DNA of 9,744 bases, from NCBI GenBank assembly GCA_043228905.1, contig JBHGNT010001336.1:1-9744 (forward strand), in the 5' to 3' direction. Under the pieces are notes generated by a model, which was given only the letters and a program-made list of their open reading frames with translations, was not told the DNA's origin and searched no databases. Origin of the DNA: Azolla caroliniana (Eukaryota; Plantae; Polypodiophyta). The translations under genes were made by a program, and so were the position numbers. Of the stretch, positions 1-7,400 are shown one piece after another. Within the stretch, counting starts at the first letter, position 1, and each line of letters begins with the position of its first letter.

Positions 1-11
1 AGAGGCCTCTA

Positions 12-170
12 TTTTAAAATTGGAAGAGTTGGGCATGTTCAATTAATGGCCATGCAATGTACTATCACTAAGTAGGAGCTCATCCAAAGATGGTCATTGA
101 GTAGTCAGTTTTAATGTTGGAAGAGTTATGAATGTTTAGGGTGTGGCAATGTCATGCATGCAATGAAATT
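12..170. repeat. Degenerate direct repeat, 97-bp offset
   Basis: 12-41 versus 109-138 are 24/30 identical (core TTGGAAGAGTT at 20-30 and 117-127). Both copies are followed by TGGCmATG and CATGCAATG. Confidence 0.7.
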
Positions 171-243
171 ATGTTGAATGTATATGTTCACAGGATGAAA
201 ATGTTATTGATTATAGTAAAGTCAATGCTATGTCCATGTTTGC

Positions 244-334
244 CATGTGGCATCCACTCAAACAAAACTTTCTATAGATGTGACTTCTAGGTTTATGTTG
301 TTTAGTCACATCTAGTCTATTTTGTTGCCACATG
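244..334. repeat. Nested inverted repeat (fold-back)
   Basis: CATGTGGCA 244-252 pairs with TGCCACATG 326-334; ACAAAA 262-267 with TTTTGT 320-325; TAGATGTGACT 275-285 with AGTCACATCTA 304-314; 18-nt loop. Confidence 0.6.
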
Positions 335-550
335 AATATATGATTGCTTCATAAAGATTTCAAGCTATTGCCAATCATTTAGTGACCCAATGGCCCTTAA
401 AAAACTATTACATTTATGTAGACCCTTCCAATGCATGCATGTATGTATGTGCATCCAAAGAACTCGGTAAATTTGCAAACTTGAATATTTATGAAGACAT
501 TGCTCCCTCACACAAAAGATGAGTCCAGACAAAGAATCAACCTAATATGA

Positions 551-1773
551 GAACACATTAAAGCTTATATTGAAGCATTCTAGCAAGTGAGTGCATCTCC
601 TATTGGGACAATCTTCGATTCATATTTTTGGAGGACTTATATCAACATCGTGCACACTGTATACTAGGAGACTAGATGTTGTATTAATCCTGGCTAAGTG
701 GCACATTTAATGACCTAGTGGAAAGAACTATGACCATAATAAAAAGACAATAGTCCAATGTTTTTCAATAAATTGACTAGTATGGTCTAGTAGTCATTTA
801 AGAAGTTTGCACAATATGCCATAACCATATGATAATGTCTCATAAAAGCACTTGATTACCCAATAAAGGATTAGTTATTGATAACCATATCATTGCAATA
901 TGTAGTGAATCAATGAATATTACATGTAGGTATCTCCTTTATGTATGTACATATGGCCAAGTAAATAATCAAAGACCAATCAACATGTTGATCAACAAAC
1001 CCTATAGACGTATGTAATATCATGTGCCTGTGTACAAACGAACCCGACAGAATTACTTGTTTGAATATTTACAAAGATGCCAATAGATGCATTGATGAAA
1101 ACTATTTGTGAACATCTACACACATGCCTCAACCAGTTAGCCATTTGAATTGAAATGCTCTAATAATAAACAACACATAAATCCAAAAACAAGAGGGCCA
1201 ACATTTCCTCTATAACCACTTTTGTGGCATTATCATCCAATCTTTCATAAACTTAACAAAAGGAAAAGAGATAAATGTAAGTTCCCTTCATATCCTCGGT
1301 TGTTAAAGGGAGGGCCATACTTAACAATGAAAGGAGAAAAGTAAAGGTCTTACAATAACATTGCACACCCTTTATTATGTGCCATAATGAGTCATTATTT
1401 TAATATTCACAACCACATTATGTGAGATGACTCAAATGAAACGATATGTCTCCACTTTATCGTATTTTGTTAATTGGTGAAGTTTCATTTGATTTAACAT
1501 ACCAAGGATTGTCATAATGACACATTGTAAATGATTGATGAAGACATGAAAAGAAGGTTGAAGCTAATATTGTTTATGTTCTTCTAAATCCAAACTATTC
1601 TACTCTAAATTGAACTAGTGATTATACATGTGGGAAATCATGAGTGTGATAACCATACAATCTCGAATTATTGTTAGTGGCACATTGTAGAAACCACTAA
1701 TTTTGAAGGACAATTACAATGGAGGATTGCTAACACTAATGTTGCCTAGGAAATGACAAGAAAGCTTAGGCTA
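551..1773 (+). mobile_element. Highly decayed Ty3/gypsy-like LTR retrotransposon gag-protease remnant
   Basis: Hand translation across stops and frameshifts gives motifs in the expected order: EHIKAYIEAF (551-580, capsid Y..xF-like); LRFIFLEDL (613-639); GTFNDLVERTMTI (700-738, T+.+L+E.A-like); CTICHNH (808-828, zinc-knuckle-like); DMSPLYR (1443-1463); and NGG/ANTNVA*EMTRKLRL (1718-1773, resembling the gypsy protease DGGS..N+M......KLGL). Each motif is weak alone; the support is their colinearity. No LTRs were identified. Confidence 0.45.
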
Positions 1774-4700
1774 TTTTCTATCACATTAAACAAAAGAGGA
1801 AAGAGCCTTTAAGTGAAGAATTCACAAATTGATCCTCGCAAATTGATCCATGCCAACGCACTATATATAATTATTCATCCAACTTAACACCTAATATGGG
1901 AAAGAAATAATAGTTGAATCAACCCCTTGATTTTGGATTGGATCAACTTGAATCTATCCCTAAACCCAAGAGAAAGGATTTGTCCCCAAGGTTGCTAATG
2001 GAGAAAATTTCCTAGAAAAGATTAATTGGCCTTTGTAATAAGAGATTGAACCCAATCATCTAGCTTCTATTGAGGAACGAATGTATATTAGCATGAACTC
2101 CTCAAGTAGTCTTTCTTTATTAGACCTTGAAATATTGTAGCAAAACAATTCTCATTAGTAAGAATTCAAAATGTTTTGAGCCTCTCGAGAAAGTTAAAAA
2201 TAAATATATGTAACGAGGTATAAGAAATTATTCTAAATTTAATTATTGAATAAATGAGGTACGAAAGGATTTTTCCAAGGATCATCAAACTCATGAAAAG
2301 ATGTTCCCAAGGCACACAAAAAATGTTAAGATTACCCAGGTGAAAACAATTGTACATAAATATATATAAGTGAAGCATATTGAGTGAAGTTGAAGCCACT
2401 GGCAATCATTTCACGAGGGACAAAATGCACTTTTTTAGCATTACAAGCAATCTCCATAACTAAAGCCATGTTTTTTCAAGGATACACTTAGGAAAACGCA
2501 GGGTGTCATGTATGTTCAACGCATTTTTCTCTCAAAAGTCAAAGTGGGTTCCTATTGGAACTTTGATTGAGTATATAGTATTAAAAATATTGTGCATTGA
2601 AATCATGGGATTTTGTTGGAACGGTATCCGTGTTATGGCTAGAGACACCCGTATATTTGGCCTTTTTTTCTGCTCATATCATTCTCTTATGAATTGTCGT
2701 TTTAATTTTCTAAGCTTAGTAAGCTTGAAATTCAAGTTCTCGCATGATTCATTGGTTCGTTTTCTAGAAATCTTGATGGCAAATGAAAATAATATAGACA
2801 TTTCTTTTGAAAACATGTAAATGCGGTCAAGGACTAAAGAAGAAGTAGAATTGACAAATGATGAATCACATCTATCTCTATCTATTGTAGAAGAAGAGTC
2901 AAATGACTATGTGCGTTGGTTTCCTATTAAAAATCGAATATTTACTTGCAATTTCATGAATTTATTTATCTATCACATTACAAGAAAATAATTGAACTAC
3001 ATTTATGCCTCTGGATGAAACATATAACAATGCATATGTACTTTTAAACAATACAATAATACTTGAAACCTATAGTGTGAAAGCAACATTGTCACTATAC
3101 CATTGCATATATAACATCTAGTGTAATCTTGTTCGATTCCATATTTTAGTTATATAAACATGATAGTGTAGTGTCAAAGCTTGTCGGTTCAAGTCTTGAT
3201 CAATTTTTTTGCATTAACATTATGGAGGACTCTTCCTCATTTGAGGTTCATATAATGCACACTACGAAGCTACTCTTTACAACATTGACATTGGTACATA
3301 TTTTCATAGTATGAAGAGAGAGAATGGTCACATTTCCTAAGAAGGCAACGATAACAAATAATCAGTGCATTTATTCATTATAAACATAATTTACAATATG
3401 TGAGCATCAAATATGCAACTGAGTGCTCATTTAGTTTGATTTTCAATGTCTCGAATTTACACAACTCAGAAAACATTGGTGCACATTTTCAAGACACGTC
3501 AAGAAAGAGGATGTATCATCTCACTATATACAATGAAAAGTCTTTTGATGAAGGCAAAATGAAATTTGCTACTTACAAGTTATCACAAGCCTTAATGTTT
3601 AAATCTCTTTGTGGAAGAGACTAATATGATGTAATTACGAAGACAATTGTCAATTGTTGTTCCTTAAAAGAAACACATAAGTTGTATTATATTAAAGATA
3701 TGTGGTTATCAAGAAACCGCCTCTTCATAACTTGTTCGAGAAAATGGCGAAACTTTGATTTTAAGTACCTCTGCATTATTTATAGATAGAAAGTCCTTCA
3801 CACACACGTGTTTGAGATATCTACAAATATGATGTAGCAAATTACCCCACTTCCTAAATCTCCTTATATCACACACTAAACGAAAACAAATTTGTTTTAA
3901 GAATGACTCTAATTGAACTTATTAGCAATAATTGAAAGATCAAGACTTAATAAAAAAAGATGTGATTACTAACTAATGCGTTAGCTTTTATTTTCATCAT
4001 GTGGGGGGAGGACAAAAACAAATGCGAATTATGGATGGAAGAAAAAGTGCAATATGATTTATGTATCTCTATATGTTATACCCCCCCATTTAGACGTGGG
4101 TGTTACACTTTGCATATGAAGATGAAACGACTGACAAATGTGGATGTATCATGATGCATCTACATACACAATGTGGGCATGGATAAACTTGTTTATTCAT
4201 TCTAAATATATAGGAAAAAAGTATGTGCACATAAATGTATGGACATGGCGGCTATACCTTGCAAAATAAGGTGAATTGAGCATGAGCACGTATGTCGTGC
4301 ATGATGCATAGTATGTATGTATGCATATTATGTGGACAAAGAAAGGCTTGAACACGAGACAAGTGAGATACATGAAGGGCAAAGTGAACGGGGAAGTATG
4401 GACTTGTATGCGCTCAGAGAAAACAAATACATGAGCACAAACATATGTATCGAATAGATATTGCCTTGCAAGGTGAGGCAAAGACAAGTCACTTACTTGC
4501 TTCATTCGCGATAAAACCACCCATGCTCAGACTACTAGTCAATGGATGTTCGGCCTTAACACATTCATCTTGCCATGCATGAACCTGCACACATGTCAAG
4601 TGGATCATATACATTTATATTATATTGATAATGTCAAGAGCCATTGGATGGTTTGTTTAGAGGATGACATAGACACGTAACAAAGTATATGTACATGATG

Positions 4701-4928
4701 TATGCATTGGCATGATGAGGCTAAATCGGGTTGACCGCAACTCGCTCACGCACGTTCAAGTACATATTATGAGGGGTCGATATTGATGCGCTCACTCAGC
4801 TGAAACAACAAGTTTGGGACGAAATGGGACGGGTAGACAATATTGATCGTTACGTTATGAGCCTTAGGGATCAGATGGGCCTTTCGAAGGATGACAAGAG
4901 ACACAATAACAATAAGTGTATGAACACG

Positions 4929-5129
4929 CATGGATGCATGCATGTACATATATATGCATGTAAGTATGTGTGTATGTGTGTATGTATGTGTGAATGTATG
5001 TATGTATGGATGGATGGATGGATGAATGGATGTATGTATGTATGTATGTATGTATGTATGTATGTATGTATGTATGTATGGATGGATGGATGGATGGATG
5101 TGTGTATGTATGTATGTATGTATGTATGT

Positions 5130-5169
<40 letters not shown>

Positions 5170-5188
5170 ATGCATGTATGTGTATGTG
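4929..5188 (+). repeat. Compound microsatellite (TATG)n/(GATG)n/(TG)n
   Basis: Alternating TATG and GATG tetranucleotide runs, (TG)11 at 5131-5152 and a degenerate CATG-rich left edge. Confidence 0.95.
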
Positions 5189-5211
5189 ATGTCATACACA
5201 CAAAGTCTATG

Positions 5212-5214
<3 letters not shown>

Positions 5215-5265
<51 letters not shown>
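5215..5265 (+). repeat. (GA)25 microsatellite / GAGA element immediately upstream of the TATA box
   Basis: Perfect GA dinucleotide run at 5215-5264. GA repeats in plant core promoters are known BBR/BPC binding sites; that function here is inferred. Confidence 0.95.
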
Positions 5266-5266
<1 letters not shown>

Positions 5267-5278
5267 CCTATATATAAG
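5267..5278 (+). promoter_or_regulatory. TATA box (CCTATATATAAG)
   Basis: Consensus plant TATA at 5269-5277. Inr-like TCA motifs (5302-5304, 5308-5310) lie about 30-40 nt downstream, followed by a short pyrimidine-rich leader and the ATG at 5333. Confidence 0.75.
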
Positions 5279-5332
5279 TCTGCAAATCCCCTGTTTCTGA
5301 TTCATGCTCATTCATCTCTATCTGTCTCTCAA

Positions 5333-5422
5333 ATGGCTCCTCCCCACCTCATTCTCTTCACATTCTTCTCCTTCTTCCTCCTCTCCTCCTTCTTCTTCTT
5401 CATTCCTGAGCCAGCCATAGGT
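5333..5422 (+). other. Predicted signal peptide (aa 1-30)
   Basis: Uncharged Phe/Leu-rich core LILFTFFSFFLLSSFFFFI, then a Pro turn (PEP) and A-x-G fitting the (-3,-1) signal peptidase rule. It is followed by RP, a common mature N-terminus in plant secreted peptide precursors. Judged by eye, not by a predictor. Confidence 0.75.
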
Positions 5423-5674
5423 CGCCCACATCCCACAGAGATGGAGAAGTCACAGCATTGGACCAAAATGATGAACCATCTCCTCTCCATTTCTGCAGAT
5501 CCTGAGTTCTTCAATGATGGCTTCCTCACCTTCGATTCATCCTCCTCCTCCTCCTCATCAGAAAATGCAGAGCTCATGAGAGGGGAATTGGAAGAGGAAG
5601 CAGAAGACTCATTCCTGAGATGGAATCATCACACTCTTCCATCCTTCATGGGAGACCCAGAATCCTTCACTTGA
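5333..5674 (+). CDS. Small secreted pre-pro-peptide, 113 aa, single exon, family not recognised (MAPPHLILFTFFSFFLLSSFFFFIPEPAIG-RPHP...SADPEFFN...MGDPESFT*)
   Basis: The likely start is the ATG at 5333 in a good plant context (aaATGGCT), within the track ORF 4994..5674 whose 5' part is only microsatellite. It lies 56 nt after a TATA box. The protein has a hydrophobic N-terminus followed by A-I-G|R-P, a poly-Ser and Glu-rich pro-region, and a repeated DPExF motif. TGA at 5672-5674 is followed by a T-rich 3'UTR-like stretch. Confidence 0.85.
   Translation: MAPPHLILFTFFSFFLLSSFFFFIPEPAIGRPHPTEMEKSQHWTKMMNHLLSISADPEFFNDGFLTFDSSSSSSSSENAELMRGELEEEAEDSFLRWNHHTLPSFMGDPESFT
5537..5560 (+). repeat. 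Coding TCM trinucleotide repeat giving poly-Ser8
   Basis: TCA (TCC)5 TCA TCA in frame in the CDS (aa 69-76). Confidence 0.9.
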
Positions 5675-5758
5675 AAAAGACAATAGATTTTTTCCTTCAA
5701 TTTCTTCTATCCAATCACTCACTCTGTTTTTTTTCTTTCATTGATAGTAACACACATA

Positions 5759-5872
5759 CATATGTATAATCATATACATCCATACATGTGTACAGTCATA
5801 TACATCCATCCATATGTATAATCATATACATCCATACATGTGTATAATCATATACATGCATACATATGTATA
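5759..5872 (+). repeat. 26-bp minisatellite, about 4.4 copies (consensus CATRTGTATAATCATATACATCCATA)
   Basis: Units at 5759-5784, 5785-5810, 5811-5836, 5837-5862 and a partial unit at 5863-5872. Units 1 and 3 are identical. Units alternate CATATG/CATGTG starts. Confidence 0.9.
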
Positions 5873-5978
5873 TACATACACATATCATATTCATATACAC
5901 ATACACATAACATATATGTACATACACATATACATACATTCACATTCACATTCACATGCATGCACATACACATATGTG
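5873..5978 (+). repeat. Degenerate (CATA)n/(CA)n/(CATTCA)3 microsatellite
   Basis: CATA/CACATA-rich run continuing from the minisatellite, with CATTCA x3 around 5937-5954. Confidence 0.85.
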
Positions 5979-7344
5979 TCAATCCTATCCGATCCCTCAT
6001 GTTTCTCTTCTCGTATTGATCTACACTTGTTCCTGCCCACCCCCCGATATCCCGTCAATACCACCTTCTGTAAATCACGACGTTTTTGAGTGTTTCGACA
6101 GAGGCCCGACGCAATTCTCCGCTAGTCTAGTGGGAAATTATGGTGCAACTGAGTGTCAACAAGTATTGTTGGCGATCAAGGTCTTAGTCACGGGTTGCGT
6201 TATATAAGCCTTAGGATTGCCATCAAGATCCATAGCTCCCCGTCCATGAACTCGGTGAAGAATAAATTCGTGGATAATGGAGGAGTGCGAGGTTTTCGCC
6301 TTTGCAATCTAAAAGGTGTTTTGCTCAATGTCCATGCCATGTAAACAAGACTTCAAGCTAATAAGCATGTAATAAACATTGGTATTACATATACGCACTT
6401 CAGAGATAATTTGTATGGATTCGATAAAACTTTTCATTGAAAGTTAGAACTAGAATGGATCTCCTTGCTTCAGTTGTTTATGTAACCATGTGAACATAAA
6501 ATCTCATTGGTTGTGATTACTTTCTAAAGCTCTTTATAAGCTATATAAGTCGACATTTGCACCAATATTGCTTTAAAATGTTAAGTTTCTTGTGACATTT
6601 CGAAGGGGAGAAATTACACTTCGTAAATTGCATAATCTAACCCATCAATTGTGTGCCAAACGAGGTAGTTCAATTTCATATTATCCTTTAAGGATAGTTA
6701 TTTAATCATTCATTAAGAGGTTCCATCATTTATAAAATAGAGTCTCCATACACATCCATAGCACTGATTTCGGTGACTACATGGACCTTATGGAGATGTG
6801 GAATGATTGACATGATTTCTATTTGAATATGTAGGCTATACGTTGTTATGTTGTCTTATCTTAGTGATGAAGAATATGAAGGTTGCACATTTAGTGTAAT
6901 TAGGGAATGTATCCCTATGATTTGACTAGCAGTTAATGAGTCCCAAATCACATGACTACAAAACAAAGGGTAACAAAAATAGACGATGCAATTTCCATCA
7001 TTGTTTACAGTATATTTCGTTGTTTTGAAACGAAATTTGTAGTGACAAAGGGCCATAACTATAAACTCACATTATAAATGTTAAATTGGAATGTCTTTCT
7101 AAAATACGTTGCACATGTGAGGTTTACAGAAAATAAACTTTACCAACAAGCTAGTTTTTTCAGGGACCTAGCAAGTTTTGTCATGTATCATGTAGGTTGC
7201 CTTTTCCTATCCTTATGTTGTTGATTGTGCCCTATCGATGACATTGATGTTGTCTATGTCGCACTCTTCGTGCTCGTCTTTTGTTTTTCCAAGTAGTTCC
7301 TTCCGTGTTCTCTCACGCCACTTTTTCACATAGGTTTGTTTTCA

Positions 7345-7400
7345 TGGATTTAAGTCTTACCAATTAAGCCATTGGATTTGATTCATATCAATTAAGCCAT
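7345..7400. repeat. 28-bp tandem duplication
   Basis: TGGATTTAAGTCTTACCAATTAAGCCAT (7345-7372) versus TGGATTTGATTCATATCAATTAAGCCAT (7373-7400), 24/28 identical. Confidence 0.85.

Noticed and set aside
1825-1849. CAAATTGATCC duplicated at 14-bp spacing
   Set aside because: Ordinary slippage duplication with no evidence of function.
3676-3740. KLYYIKD / VVIKKPP fragments reminiscent of a CACTA transposase C-terminus
   Set aside because: Two short motifs in different frames with no other convincing domain; not supportable without a search.
2166-4520. ORFs 2166..2405, 2503..2820, 3400..3624 and 4197..4520
   Set aside because: Short, mostly non-ATG starts, with the composition expected of random AT-rich DNA and no motif.
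4937-4944. RY element (CATGCATG) upstream of the gene
   Set aside because: Embedded in CATG-rich microsatellite, and similar words recur across the window, so it is not informative.
4767-5214. ORFs 4767..5201(-), 4824..5189(+), 4864..5199(-), 5026..5214(+) and the N-terminal half of 4994..5674
   Set aside because: MYVC/HTYI/ERER repeats are translations of stop-free microsatellites. They lie upstream of or across the TATA box.
5329-5577. 82-aa minus-strand ORF
   Set aside because: Antisense shadow of the TC-rich peptide CDS, with no independent support.
5570-5671. Resemblance of the ELMRGELEEEAEDSFLR region to phytosulfokine or RALF pro-regions
   Set aside because: It lacks DYIYTQ, the PSK Cys pair, and the RALF RRxL/YISY/Cys motifs, so the similarity is architectural only.
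5759-5872. CRISPR-like regular repeats
   Set aside because: Units are head-to-tail without unique spacers, the context is eukaryotic, and there are no cas genes.
4866-5997. 12/14 inverted match AGGGATCAGATGGG (4866-4879) / CCTATCCGATCCCT (5984-5997) as possible TIRs around the gene
   Set aside because: Short and does not extend, and I identified no target-site duplication; compatible with chance.
5814-6344. ORFs 5814..6089, 5956..6207 and 6153..6344
   Set aside because: They start in microsatellite or at a non-ATG codon and have no recognisable domain.
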